A stretch of 59,992 bases of DNA, filler included. It is 9 parts of 9 records of this genome, joined end to end, with 100 filler letters (N's around TTAATTAATTAA, not from the genome) between each part and the next. Parts side by side here need not be neighbours in the genome. Positions count along the whole stretch, not along the records: positions 40,254 to 46,943 come from SRR31147125_82898; positions 47,044 to 54,147 come from SRR31147125_82956; 7 more parts are not named here. The stretch is one strand, 5' to 3'. The notes beneath the pieces were generated by a model. That model worked only from the letters and a program-made list of their open reading frames with translations. It was not told the DNA's origin and did not search any database. The translations under genes and the position numbers were made by a program. Below, piece after piece: positions 40,334 to 51,474 of the stretch (within the stretch, counting starts at the first letter, position 1; every line of letters begins with the position of its first letter).

Positions 40334-41531
40334 ATGACAATCGCACACACGTCAACGTCTAAAAATTCTCAACCTCATCCCAAAAAACAATGTGCATTGG
40401 GAAGACTCATTTTATTTTTCCTGTTTTCAACATTGATTGGGGTGGGATGTATATTGGGTGGCATCGCATATTTTCAATATTATAAAAGGACACCGGTCGA
40501 TTCGAAAATACCATTTCTGAAAATGACCACCTTATACCGTGTTACTGAAGACATTCTGACCTACGCCGATGCACCAAACTTTAATAAAGACCTTTTGGCA
40601 CCCCCAAAGCAAAGCGATTTTCCCAATGGCACTCTTTTCAAAATAACTTCGGGAGAGCGCCTGACAACCATATCTCAGCGACTTGAAAATGAGGGACTCA
40701 CCACCAGTAAAGAGCTGTTTCGACTTTTGGCCAAAGTCACGCGAACCGCAACAAAAATTCAAGCGGGTGAGTATCTGATCTCCCCATCACTTTCTCCGGA
40801 AAACATCCTTTATCTATTTGTTTCAGGAAAAGTGAACATGCATAAGCTCACCATTCCGGAAGGGCTCACCATCAGGGAGATCTCTGTCTTGGTGGAGCAG
40901 GCCGGATTTGGAAAAAGGGGTGACTTTATTTTACAGGCAACAGATCCGTCACGGATCGCCGATATGGATCCGGTGTTTGCCCTGCCCTCCCGGGCACCAT
41001 CCCTTGAAGGTTACCTTTTCCCCGACACGTACCTCTTTCCAGCTCATGCCAATATCCCTGAAGTCATCAATGCCATGACCAACCGGTTCAATGCGGTGTT
41101 TACCCAAAAATGGAAAAGAAGAAGTCGCGCCTTGGGGTTATCCCCACACGAAGTGGTGACCCTGGCTTCCATCATAGAAAAAGAGACCGGCGCCGCCCCT
41201 GAGCGTCCCCTGATCTCTTCCGTTTTCCATAACAGACTAAAAAAGGGATGCGCTTACAGAGCGATCCCACCGTTATTTACGGCATCCCCGATTTCAATGG
41301 CAATATCACCAAAAAGGATCTCAGGCGGCCGACGCCCTATAATACCTATACCATTTCCGGGCTTCCCCCGGTCCCATTGCCAATCCCGGGAAAGATGCCC
41401 TCCATGCGGCCCTATATCCTGAGGATAGCAGCTACATCTATTTTGTATCGAAAAATGACCGCACCCACTACTTCTCAAAAAACTTGAATGAGCATAATCG
41501 GGCCGTTAGAAAATATCAGTTAAAAAAATAA
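40334..41531 (+). CDS. mltG: Endolytic transglycosylase MltG (two homopolymer frameshifts near 41245 and 41366)
   Basis: [18 protein letters not shown]; continues in other frames as MRLQSDPT...PYNTY...GLP and PIANPG...YFVSK...[12 protein letters not shown]. Confidence 0.92.
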
Positions 41532-41540
41532 TTCCACGCA

Positions 41541-42550
41541 TCAATCAAACTGCTTTAGGTAGGCAACAAGTGCACCGCTTTTGCTTTTATGCTTTCCATC
41601 CCACTCAAACCAGAGCACCACGCCATCCCGCTTCAATTGGGTCAGCAACTCTTCGACCACATCGGGAAGAACAGCACCGAACTCCGAGTGCAGCCCTCTA
41701 CCCACCACAATTCGAACGGTAAAAAAACCGTTCCGCCAAAGCCTTCTGAGCCAGGATTCCGTTCGGGAGCGTGCCTCCGTTGAAGTGAAGCCGTGAAGGT
41801 CGAGTTCCTGTTGAGGCGGTGGATAGCGCTTCAATCTTTTTTTGAGAGGAATGGGTGTCGGAAGCGTTTTATCACTCTTTTCTCTTAATAGTGTCGCCTC
41901 CCCCTTTCCTTTGAGAGACGTTTCCAACAATTTCGGAAAGTTCTCTTTCTTTTCCGGTTCCTTCCGATCCCTAAAAATCGGAACAAGCTTCCCACACCAT
42001 CTAAAAAGGGTATTCCGTGTTTGTCTTTTTTCAAGCGGGAAAGTTCATCGTTGACGTCATCGGATCCATTGTCGGATCTACTCATATATTTCGCGTTATC
42101 GCCAGCTCTCTTTACACTCGATTTCTCAATAGAAGCAGCTTCTTCAGGTGCAATGGAAGCGTCCGAGGCAATCATCGCTTCCCACTTGGTTACGTCAAAT
42201 TCTTTGACTTTCCGGACCTTTTGTTTTTTCGAGCGCCCTTTTCTATTTGATCCCTCCACAGCATCTAATGTCCATGGAGAGCCCGACGCGGTTGAGGATG
42301 TCCTTTTTAGATCTTTTCTGGATAACCGAACAGATGGCTCTTTCGTTCGTTTATGGTCGGATATTTCGGGGGACTCTTGCCCCTCCGATTCTTGATCATA
42401 CGGCAGCTGCTCTCTATTCGAATTCCCTCCGGAAAAGAGTTGATAGAAATCCGTCTCCCCGTAAAACACATCAATCCCATTCTTATTTTTTTGTGTGGCC
42501 CCCCCAGGATGTGGTGCGCCTTTTTTTCTATGTTTTGTTTTTCTACCCAT
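41541..42550 (-). CDS. Smr/MutS2-domain protein with long charged N-terminus (frameshift at about 41970-41990)
   Basis: ELDLHG, IVVGRGLHS, SGAL; the two overlapping minus-strand ORFs appear to be one gene. Confidence 0.8.
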
Positions 42551-42643
42551 GGGGTCGAGTTTACTTCAGAGCCCCCACTTTTTCAAGGAGAATGCGCTTC
42601 TCCCAATTGACTTTAGCGGTACATACTGATATTATATCCCGTT

Positions 42644-44622
42644 ATGAATATAGGAAATATTGTAGAATACATAGACCAGCAAAAGATCATTTGCGCCGTT
42701 GTGCTGCAAGTCAAAAAGCAGCGGCTAAGGCTTCTGACGGAGTATAATCGAGAGGTCAATCTGTCGGCAGGCCGATTGTCCCATTTCTCTTCTGAAGCGA
42801 TGGATACAACGGTGTCGAGGGATGCCCTTGTCCGCACCCTGAAGCAGACCGCTGTTTCTCGGCGTAAGCTGTCGGAGCGGATCAATGTGGAAGAGTTGTG
42901 GGAGCTTCTCCATGAAGAAGAAGACACCATCGATCTTGAAACGATGGCATCCTTTTGTTTCGATCCTCCGGTCTTGCCCGACCATGAAGCAGCCGTTATC
43001 CGGGCCTTCTTCAATGACAAACTCTATTTCAAATTTAACAAAGAAGAGTTCACGCCCAACACACCGGAACAGATCGAGCTGAAGCTCAATCAGCTGAAGG
43101 AAGCGGAGCGCAAGGAAAAACTCATTGAGCAAGCAGCCGCCTGGCTCAAGGAACTTGACACCAGTCCTCTCCGCCCCCAGACCCACCGGATCCGGAAATC
43201 ATTTCCATTCTAAAGGACTTCTATATTCACGATAAGGATAGCTCCACAGCTGCCGATGCCAGAGCCATCATGGCTAAAAACGGCACAGACTCTCCCCATC
43301 AAATATTCCATCTGCTGGTCAAGGCGGGTATCTGGAACACCCATGAGAATATCGATCTGATCCGCATGGATATCCCAAACCGCTTTCCGGACGGCGTTCA
43401 GAAAGCGGCTGAAGCACTCATCCAAACCCATGACGACTTTCTCAGCGATCCCAACAGAAGAGATTTAAGGGATCTGCCGCTGATCACCATTGACGGGCAA
43501 TCCACATTGGACTACGATGATGCCGTCAGTCTTCAAAAAAATGATGATGGGTACATCCTGGGCATCCACATCATCGATGTGGGCTTTTTCATCAAAGATG
43601 GTGATCCCATCGATCGTCATGCCCGGCTTCGGGGTAGTTCCATCTACATGCCCGATGATAAAATCCCCATGCTTCCGGCCAACCTTTCCGAAGATTTGTG
43701 CAGTTTGATGGAAGGCAAGACAAGACCGGCCATCAGTACGCTTGTGCGACTGAATCGATTTTTCGAGATTATTGACTACGAGATTGTTCCCAGTGTCATC
43801 GAGGTGCATCAGCAGATGACTTACACCGAAGCCAACATGCTCAATGGGGAAGACGATCCCATCACCACGTTGCACAAAATAGCCACCGTGCTGCGGGACA
43901 GACGGATGAAGGCCGGGGCCGTTCAAATTACCCTGCCGGAGGTGAATCTCTGGATTGAGGACAACGGAGAAATCGGAATTGTCCGGATCGACCGGGAAAA
44001 CCCGTCTCGTATGCTGATCTCGGAGTTGATGATCCTGGCCAACGCCCTGATGGCGGAATTCCTGAAGAAAAATGATGTGCCGGCCATTTTCAGGTCCCAG
44101 CCCGATCCCAAACAGCGGTTGTTTCACGGGATTGAATCCTCCCTGTTTCTGAACTGCATGCAGCGAAGACACCTCAACCGCGCCATCATCGGCACCCGTG
44201 CCGAGCACCACTCCGGGTTGGGTGTGGATGCCTATGTCACGGCCACCTCTCCCATTCGACGGTATTACGATCTGTTGACCCAGCGCCAGCTCAGGGGAAT
44301 TATGGGGTATGAACCCGCCTATACAGAGGATGAATTGCAACAGATTCTTCATACCATTGAGACACCCGTGGGCAATACGGGGCGGACGCAATTTTTAAGG
44401 CGCAGATACTGGCTGCTCAAATATCTGGAAGGAATGAAGGGGCGCAGTGAAGAAGCATTGGTGCTGGATGCACGGCGGGATAATTTCACGGTATTGCTGA
44501 AAGAGTACATGCTGGAATGGCGGCTTCCATCCAGTGGACTCAATCTCAAACCCGGCGACCTTCTGAGGGTGACGATTCAGCATGCCGATGCCCGGAGAGA
44601 TCAACTTTCGTTATTTGCTTAG
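42644..44622 (+). CDS. RNB-domain exoribonuclease (RNase II/R family); frameshift near 43175
   Basis: TIDGQSTLDYDDA, HSGLG...TSPIRRYYDL; one extra C in the C-run joins the two ORFs. Confidence 0.92.
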
Positions 44623-44659
44623 AATCAATCCGAAAATCACTATTTGAAAACAAATCAGC

Positions 44660-44691
44660 CGCCCTTCAAGCAATTGAAGGGCGTTTTTTTT
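44660..44691. terminator. intrinsic terminator between convergent genes
   Basis: CGCCCTTCAA-GCAA-TTGAAGGGCG followed by a T-run. Confidence 0.8.
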
Positions 44692-44768
44692 GCGATTTCT
44701 CAGTCAATCGTTTCCGTTATCCGGATAGCCCATCGACATCTGATTGATCAATTGATGATTACTTTGCA

Positions 44769-46019
44769 TCAATGTTTGAAGCTACGCTGCCCTGTATAGA
44801 CCATGGTCGCTCCATTTTCGTTACAGGCTTCGATCACCTCGAAATCATTCATGGACCCACCGGGCTGAATGATGGATTTCACCCCCTGCCGCAGTCCCAC
44901 ATCGATCCCGTCTCTGAACGGAAAGAAGGCATCGCTCACCATGGTGCTGCCAATGAGACCGCCCTTTTCTTTATCCACATCCGCCTTGATTTCAGCGATC
45001 TTGTCGGCATCTTCCAGAAGATTGAACGGGGTATTGTATCGCTCGAAGGAATAGCGATCCATCAGCTTTCGATAGGCCTTGTCCACTGCAATTTCAGCCA
45101 CACCGACGCGATCCTGCTCACCGGTTCCGATACCCACGGTGACGTTATCCTTCACATAGATGACTGAGTTGGATGTAATCCCCGACTCTACCAGCCACCC
45201 GAAAAGCATATCCTTGTACTCTTGCTCTGTGGGCTCTCGGTCAACTTTGTAGCTTTTACCTTTATATTCGGTTTCACCCAACTTGAGATCTTCTTTGATC
45301 AATGTCGTGGGAGCAAATGACCATTGCGCAACCAGGCCACCGTCCATCAAACTTTTGAAATCCACCACTCGCTCGCCGATGAAGGATTCGAGTTTATGGA
45401 TGTTGTTGATACGAATCACCCGCAGATTCTTTCTACGTCCCAGAATTTCCACAACGCCCTCATCGAACTCCGGAGCCACAACCACTTCGGCGTATTGATC
45501 GGCAATGGCTTCAGCCGTAGCCCGATCAACCGATCGGTTCAAGGCAATGCATCCGCCAAATGCAGCCACCCGATCCGCCATGTAGGCTTTGGTATAGGCG
45601 TCTTCCAGAGAATCGGCAATGGCAGCTCCGCAAGGGTTGTTGTGTTTGACGATCACGGCCCCCGGGGATGCGGAGAAATAGCGCAGGATATTGAGGGCAT
45701 TGTCTGCATCGGTGAGATTGGTTTTCCCGGGATGTTTCCCGGACTGAAGCAGCTCGATATCAGACACGATATATTTGCCGGGGGCGATGGTCTGGGTATC
45801 CCCCAAAACCAAATTACCGTTGATCAGTCGATAAAGGGCGGCTTCCTGACCGGGGTTTTCTCCGTATCGAAGCCCTTTTTGAACCCCATCAATGGTCCAG
45901 GCCACCTTTTCATAAAACAGGGTTTGACGCTTGTCCCCATCGACAAACGAAATTTCCATGGTAGGGGTAAAGTGATCATCCATGACGGTTTTGTACATCT
46001 GTTTTAAATCTTCAGCCAT
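44769..46019 (-). CDS. purH: Stand-alone AICAR transformylase domain (C-terminal half of PurH)
   Basis: LRYGENPGQ, VKHNNPCG, AFGG, SN, SDAFFPF, QPGGS, GQRSFKH. Confidence 0.9.
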   Translation of the reverse strand: MAEDLKQMYKTVMDDHFTPTMEISFVDGDKRQTLFYEKVAWTIDGVQKGLRYGENPGQEAALYRLINGNLVLGDTQTIAPGKYIVSDIELLQSGKHPGKTNLTDADNALNILRYFSASPGAVIVKHNNPCGAAIADSLEDAYTKAYMADRVAAFGGCIALNRSVDRATAEAIADQYAEVVVAPEFDEGVVEILGRRKNLRVIRINNIHKLESFIGERVVDFKSLMDGGLVAQWSFAPTTLIKEDLKLGETEYKGKSYKVDREPTEQEYKDMLFGWLVESGITSNSVIYVKDNVTVGIGTGEQDRVGVAEIAVDKAYRKLMDRYSFERYNTPFNLLEDADKIAEIKADVDKEKGGLIGSTMVSDAFFPFRDGIDVGLRQGVKSIIQPGGSMNDFEVIEACNENGATMVYTGQRSFKH

Positions 46020-46082
46020 ATCCTTGTCTCCTCAAAGTAAGTCCATAATAATTGTTTTATTCTAAAGAATTGCATAAGGATT

Positions 46083-46183
46083 CGTCAGTCGGCAATTTAC
46101 CACAGCCGATCACCCCTTCTCCATTCATGGAGAAGGGGATGGGGGTGAGGTAGGCCAAAACAGTAAATTAATCGTCACTGACG
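46083..46183. repeat. Nested inverted-repeat (MITE-like) element between the purH halves
   Basis: CGTCAGT/ACTGACG ends, AATTTAC/GTAAATT inner pair, and CCCCTTCTCCAT-TC-ATGGAGAAGGGG hairpin (46113-46138). Confidence 0.55.
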
Positions 46184-46203
46184 CCCTAAGTAAAACTCAT
46201 GAA

Positions 46204-46881
46204 TCAACAGGTATAACACCCTTTGACCTGATCGAATGCACGCTTTGCCAAATAGTCGGCAATGGTTCGATCGTATACGGCAGTGTGATCAAATGCCTTT
46301 GTTGCCAGCTCAAACCGTTTTTCAAGGCTCAACGCCCCATTTCCCTCTGCCATTGCGTTAAGAATGCCTTCATAATCCCCCGGATCCACAACCGAAGCCA
46401 CCCGAATGAAATTTTTGGCAGAGGCCCGGATCATGGTGGGACCGCCGATATCGATATTTCCCCTGGCATTTTCACAGGTGACGTCAGGCTTGGAAATGGT
46501 CTCTTTGAATGGATAGAGATTCACCACCACCATATCGATGGGAAGGGCTTGGGTTCTTTTCAAATCGTCCTGATGAGACGTGTTGTAGGTTTCCGTCAAT
46601 AGCCCCAAATAAATTTTAAAATCCAGGGTTTTGACAAGTCCGCCCTGGGTTTCGGGCTGACCGGTGTAATCCGATACCTGCTCCAGACATCCATCGGCCC
46701 GGCTGCCGAGAATCTCTTTGATTTTGGCAAACGTCCCGCCGGTGGAAAGAATCTTGATATCGGGGGTTAGATCCACAAGCCCTGGAATGAACGTCTCAAG
46801 GCCGGTCTTATCCGACACACTGACAAGGATGGTGTTGATTTTTACGGCATCATCAATTTTTTGGACAACATTTTTACTCAT
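46204..46881 (-). CDS. purH: Stand-alone IMP cyclohydrolase (MGS-like N-terminal half of PurH)
   Basis: SVSDKTGL, STGGT, GLVKTL, VVNLYPF, IDIGGPTMIRASAKN, HTAVYD. Confidence 0.92.
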   Translation of the reverse strand: MSKNVVQKIDDAVKINTILVSVSDKTGLETFIPGLVDLTPDIKILSTGGTFAKIKEILGSRADGCLEQVSDYTGQPETQGGLVKTLDFKIYLGLLTETYNTSHQDDLKRTQALPIDMVVVNLYPFKETISKPDVTCENARGNIDIGGPTMIRASAKNFIRVASVVDPGDYEGILNAMAEGNGALSLEKRFELATKAFDHTAVYDRTIADYLAKRAFDQVKGCYTC

Positions 46882-46943
46882 ATTCAGCTACCTCATGGCG
46901 ATCTTATTCTTAAATTTTTATATGAAAAACCTCACGCTCATTG

Positions 46944-47043
46944 NNNNNNNNNNNNNNNNNNNNNNNNNNNNNNNNNNNNNNNNNNNNTTAATTAATTAAN
47001 NNNNNNNNNNNNNNNNNNNNNNNNNNNNNNNNNNNNNNNNNNN
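46944..47043. other. artificial contig spacer
   Basis: N44-TTAATTAATTAA-N44. Confidence 0.99.
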
Positions 47044-47348
47044 CCCAAATCTGACTTGAGCGGGAAACCTGTAGTTATTGATTTGAAAAAGGTAGATGAT
47101 TTACTTGCTGCTCAAAGTAAATTGAAGGGGTCATTAAATCCTTCAGCCGGAGAAAGCGGTATATATTACCGAATGCCTGGGAAAGCAGAAATTCGTATAA
47201 TGAATGGATTGGCACTAATGGTAACATCAAGGGCAACAATAGCTCAGTTTGGTTCGGTAGCACCTTTACCCGAAAGGATACTGATGGAAACTATCGGGTG
47301 CAATTTCATCCAAAAACAGGAGCAATTAAAAGTATTATAGATAAGTAA
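47044..47348 (+). CDS. DUF4831-like Bacteroidota protein, C-terminal fragment (5' partial, frameshift near 47278)
   Basis: GIYYRMPGKA, IAQFG; alternative frame ends FHPKTGAIKSIIDK*. Confidence 0.6.
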
Positions 47349-47353
47349 ACAGG

Positions 47354-47376
47354 AGCAGCCACAAGGCTGCTTTTTT
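47354..47376 (+). terminator. intrinsic terminator
   Basis: AGCAGCC-ACAA-GGCTGCT followed by TTTTT. Confidence 0.7.
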
Positions 47377-47459
47377 GTTGTGTGACATATTTATGCCCTC
47401 TTTTATTTTCTTACTTTTATCGGGCTGAAAACTTACAACTATTTGAAGATATTATTATT

Positions 47460-48845
47460 ATGAATGCAATTAAACAAACATTAAGAGATTCAAAATCTGC
47501 AAGATGGACTGCATTGGTTATTCTCTCATTTACCATGTTTGCTGGGTATATGTTTACCGAGGTAATATCTCCGATGAAGCCTATTCTAGAACGTACCTAC
47601 GGCTGGGATAGTACTGATTTTGGGGCTGTAACCAGTGCATATGGAATATTCAATGTATTCTTTTTCATGCTGATTATTGTTGGAATTTTACTTGATAAAT
47701 TTGGTATACGATTTTCAACAATTTCGTCAGTGGTGATTATGATTATTGGTGGCGGATTAAAATGGTATGCTTTTAAAGGAGGATTTTCTACAACCGAAGA
47801 GATTGACCTTTTTGGTCTTGTTCAATTAAAAGAACAGGTGTTTTTCGCAGCACTCGGATTTGCCATATTTGGAGTGGGGGTTGAATATGCTGGAATTACG
47901 GTGTCTAAAGCCGTAGTGAAATGGTTTAAAGGGAAGGAACTTGCCTTAGCTATGGGAATGCAGGTTGCAATAGCCCGATTAGGATCATTTGCGCCTCTCG
48001 CTTTTGGGGCTTTGGTAGCTACTACTTTTAACGTTCCTTTTACCATTTTGTTAGTCGTTTTGTTTCTGATTGCAGGACTCATTGCATTCTTTTATTATAA
48101 CTTGATGGATGCAAAGCTGGATAAGCAAATTGGAGCTAATGAAACCGAATCATCAAACGAAGATGAGTTTAAAATATCAGACATAAGTGTTATTATCTCC
48201 AATAAAGGGTTTTGGCTTATTGCTATCCTTTGTGTATTGTTTTACTCTGCTGTTTTCCCATTTTACAAATACGGTCCAGATTTAATGGTAAATAAGTTTG
48301 GTGTATCCGAAAGATGGGCCGGTTTATTACCGAGCCTTGTGCCTTTTGGAACCATGCTGCTTACTCCATTTTTTGGAAGCCTTTATGATCGGAAAGGGAA
48401 AGGTGCAAGCATTATGATTTTAGGAGCTATACTTTTAATTGTTGTTCACACCATATTCTATCTTCCATTTGTTACAAGCGTTGTGGCAGCCTTTTTCAAT
48501 GTAATTCTTTTGGGTATTGCATTCTCTTTGGTTCCATCAGCCATGTGGCCATCAGTTCCAAAAATTATTCCTGAAAAACAGTTAGGAAGTGCTTATGCGT
48601 TAATATTCTGGATTCAGAATATTGGACTTTGGGGAATACCTTTATTAGTTGGTATTGTGCTTGATAGAACAAATCCGGGTGTTGCTGCAGCTAAAAAAGC
48701 AGGTGAGAATGTAACGTATGATTATTCTGTTACCTGGATCATTTTTGTATCACTTACATTGGTTGCACTTATTACTGCATTTTTGTTAAAACTTGAGGAT
48801 AAGAAAAAGGGTTATGGTCTTGAAAGCCCAAATATTGAAAAATAG
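47460..48845 (+). CDS. MFS transporter
   Basis: About 12 TM; GILLDKFGIR (motif A); likely start MNAIKQ. Confidence 0.93.
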   Translation: MNAIKQTLRDSKSARWTALVILSFTMFAGYMFTEVISPMKPILERTYGWDSTDFGAVTSAYGIFNVFFFMLIIVGILLDKFGIRFSTISSVVIMIIGGGLKWYAFKGGFSTTEEIDLFGLVQLKEQVFFAALGFAIFGVGVEYAGITVSKAVVKWFKGKELALAMGMQVAIARLGSFAPLAFGALVATTFNVPFTILLVVLFLIAGLIAFFYYNLMDAKLDKQIGANETESSNEDEFKISDISVIISNKGFWLIAILCVLFYSAVFPFYKYGPDLMVNKFGVSERWAGLLPSLVPFGTMLLTPFFGSLYDRKGKGASIMILGAILLIVVHTIFYLPFVTSVVAAFFNVILLGIAFSLVPSAMWPSVPKIIPEKQLGSAYALIFWIQNIGLWGIPLLVGIVLDRTNPGVAAAKKAGENVTYDYSVTWIIFVSLTLVALITAFLLKLEDKKKGYGLESPNIEK

Positions 48846-48871
48846 GATTTATTGAAATATAAATACATATT

Positions 48872-48898
48872 AGCCCTGCTTATTGCGGGGCTTTTTTT
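48872..48898 (+). terminator. intrinsic terminator
   Basis: AGCCCTGC-TTATT-GCGGGGCT followed by a T-run. Confidence 0.7.
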
Positions 48899-48992
48899 AG
48901 ATGTCTGACAAATCTCAGAACAAGTTGGCAGCTTTAATTGTATTTTTAAAAATGTTTCATTCAATAAGAATAATCAAATTAAAAACGATAAA

Positions 48993-50456
48993 ATGAGTAA
49001 CGAAATTAAAAACCTTGAACCCAAAGTTCTTTGGGAAAACTTTTATAGCTTGACACAAATCCCACGTCCTTCAAATCATGAAGAGCAAATCCAGGATTTT
49101 ATATTTGAATTTGGAACAAACCTTGGCTTGGAAACCATTAAAGACGAGATTGGCAATATCATCATTAAAAAACCAGCAACTCCAGGATTTGAGAAATGTC
49201 AGGGTGTAATTATGCAGGGGCATTTAGATATGGTTCCACAGAAGAATAGCGACAAAGTGCATGATTTTGAAAATGACCCAATTGAAACTTTAATTGATGG
49301 TGAATGGGTAACAGCAAATGGCACAACACTTGGAGCCGACAATGGAATTGGAGTGGCAGCAACTATGGCTGTTTTGGCTTCAAAAGATATTGAGCATGGA
49401 CCTTTCGAGGCGTTGTTTACTGCAACAGAAGAAACTGGGATGGATGGAGCCGAAGGATTAAAAGCTGGTGTTGTTGATGGAGATATCCTAATAAATACGG
49501 ATACGGAAGATGAAGGTACATTTAGCGTTGGTTGTGCTGGAGGAATAGATGTGGTTGCTACTTTTAAAGCAAAACGTAAGAAGCTGAAAGCTAAAAATAA
49601 CAAAGCCTTTAAGCTTAGTATCACTGGGTTGAAAGGTGGTCATTCTGGTGTGGATATTCATTTGGGAAGAGGAAATGCAAATAAAATATTCTTCCGAATT
49701 CTTATTGAATTGAATCGTAGAATCAAAGTTTCACTGGGTGATATTCAAGGAGGAAGTTTGAGGAATGCTATTCCACGTGAGGCTTTTGGTGTGGTAGTTG
49801 TTAAAGATGCGAGCATCGATAAACTAAATGAAAAACTAGGGCAGATTGTTAGTGTTATTAAAACGGAGCTTATAAATGTTGAGCCTGATCTTTCGATTGA
49901 ACTTGTAGAAACGGAAATGCCAGAAGGCGTTTTTGAAAGAGATTTTCAACAAAAACTGGCTAGTGCTGTATGGGCTGCACCAAATGATGTGGTTCGTATG
50001 AGTGATACCATGGTGAATACTGTTGAAACGTCAAGTAATTTAGCTATTGTTAAAGCTGGCGAGAAATCGGTCGAGATCAGCTGTCTGGTACGTAGTTTTT
50101 CAGAAACAGCTAAACTGGCTCTCGCTTCAAGATTACAATCGGTTTTTAAATTGGCTGAAGCTAAAGTTTTATTTGAAGGAAGCTATCCAGGATGGAAGCC
50201 AAATATGGATTCAGCTATTCTGGAAGTAATGAAAAACCTATATGCAAAGCAATTTGGGAAAGAACCGGAATTATTGGCCATGCATGCTGGTTTGGAATGT
50301 GGTATACTTGGAGCTACTTACCCGAATTGGGATATGATATCAATCGGTCCAACGATTAGTTTCCCACATTCACCGGATGAGAAAGTTAACATTGAAACGG
50401 TTAAGAAATTCTGGGATTTCCTTTTGGAGACCTTAAAGAACATTCCGAAGAAATAA
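48993..50456 (+). CDS. pepD: Aminoacyl-histidine dipeptidase (M20C)
   Basis: QGHLDMV, TTLGADNGIG, EETGMDGA, GGHSG, HAGLECG, HSPDE. Confidence 0.96.
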   Translation: MSNEIKNLEPKVLWENFYSLTQIPRPSNHEEQIQDFIFEFGTNLGLETIKDEIGNIIIKKPATPGFEKCQGVIMQGHLDMVPQKNSDKVHDFENDPIETLIDGEWVTANGTTLGADNGIGVAATMAVLASKDIEHGPFEALFTATEETGMDGAEGLKAGVVDGDILINTDTEDEGTFSVGCAGGIDVVATFKAKRKKLKAKNNKAFKLSITGLKGGHSGVDIHLGRGNANKIFFRILIELNRRIKVSLGDIQGGSLRNAIPREAFGVVVVKDASIDKLNEKLGQIVSVIKTELINVEPDLSIELVETEMPEGVFERDFQQKLASAVWAAPNDVVRMSDTMVNTVETSSNLAIVKAGEKSVEISCLVRSFSETAKLALASRLQSVFKLAEAKVLFEGSYPGWKPNMDSAILEVMKNLYAKQFGKEPELLAMHAGLECGILGATYPNWDMISIGPTISFPHSPDEKVNIETVKKFWDFLLETLKNIPKK

Positions 50457-50471
50457 GATGAAGATATAAAT

Positions 50472-50500
50472 GAAACCCTTACTTAACGTGAGGGTTTCTT
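50472..50500 (+). terminator. probable intrinsic terminator
   Basis: GAAACCCTTAC-TTAAC-GTGAGGGTTTC followed by TT. Confidence 0.6.
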
Positions 50501-50702
50501 TGCTTTTATATTCTTTGCATTTCCCCGCCTCAACCTGAAGAAGCTTAAGTAGATATCTTTCAAAATAGAATAGAAAGTCGAATGTAGGTTGAAGTTACTA
50601 GCCATTAAAATTGTAAATACTTGTTAATGTTGCCATATAACTGTCTTTTGCATTTTCCTTTTGGACATATTTTAATTTATTTAGCTTTTCGAATAATAAG
50701 CT

Positions 50703-51473
50703 ATGAGCAAAAAATCATGCATTTTATTTTGTAAATGTGGAGCAGGTGTAATTTCTCAAGGGAAAATAGACCAATTGTTAAATGCGATACAGCAGCTGGA
50801 TTCAGATATTTTTGAATTGCAGGATTTGTGCGCTATTTCTGTAAATGAAAAACATGTTCTAACAAATATTGCAGATAAATACCAGCAAAAAATAATTATT
50901 GCCTGCTATCCACGAGCTGTAAAAAATATGCTTCTACAGGCAGGTGTTAGTTTGGATGGATTTGAAGTATTGAGCTTTAAAGAGCTTTCATCTGATGAAA
51001 TTAGTTCAGCTTTAAAAACAAATTTTCAGTTTGAAGAAGGTGAGTCAAATTATCAGGTGGAAACTACTGAACTGAAAGTTCCGGCATGGTTTCCTGTGAT
51101 TGATGAATCGCGTTGTTCGCTTTGTGGAAAATGTGCCCGGTTCTGCCTTTTTGGTGTTTATGCATATAACAAGAAGAGCTTGACTGTTATAAATCCGCTG
51201 TCGTGCAAAAACAATTGTCCCGCCTGTGGTCGAACCTGTCCGGAATCTGCAATTATGTTTCCTCGTTTGGTTGAAGACTCAGTGCTTGCAGGCGCAAACC
51301 CAGATGAAAAGACAGATAAACCGATAGAGAATAAGGATAGTTTGTTTGTTTTATTGAATGAGCGCAATCGGGCAAGAAAGAGTATTTTTAAGCAAGGAGT
51401 AGTCCAAATAGCTGAAGAAGAACGGAAAAAGGCGTTAGAAGAATTTAAAGCAAGTATTAAAAAAGAGAAATGA
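50703..51473 (+). CDS. Fe-S protein: HdrA-N-like Cys domain plus 2x[4Fe-4S] ferredoxin
   Basis: FCKCG...DLC...IIACYPR; CSLCGKCARFC and CKNNCPACGRTCP. Confidence 0.85.
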   Translation: MSKKSCILFCKCGAGVISQGKIDQLLNAIQQLDSDIFELQDLCAISVNEKHVLTNIADKYQQKIIIACYPRAVKNMLLQAGVSLDGFEVLSFKELSSDEISSALKTNFQFEEGESNYQVETTELKVPAWFPVIDESRCSLCGKCARFCLFGVYAYNKKSLTVINPLSCKNNCPACGRTCPESAIMFPRLVEDSVLAGANPDEKTDKPIENKDSLFVLLNERNRARKSIFKQGVVQIAEEERKKALEEFKASIKKEK

Positions 51474-51474
51474 C

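Noticed and set aside
43465-46007. 308-aa (43465-44391) and 227-aa (45324-46007) ORFs
   Set aside because: Antisense shadows of the RNB nuclease and AICAR transformylase genes.
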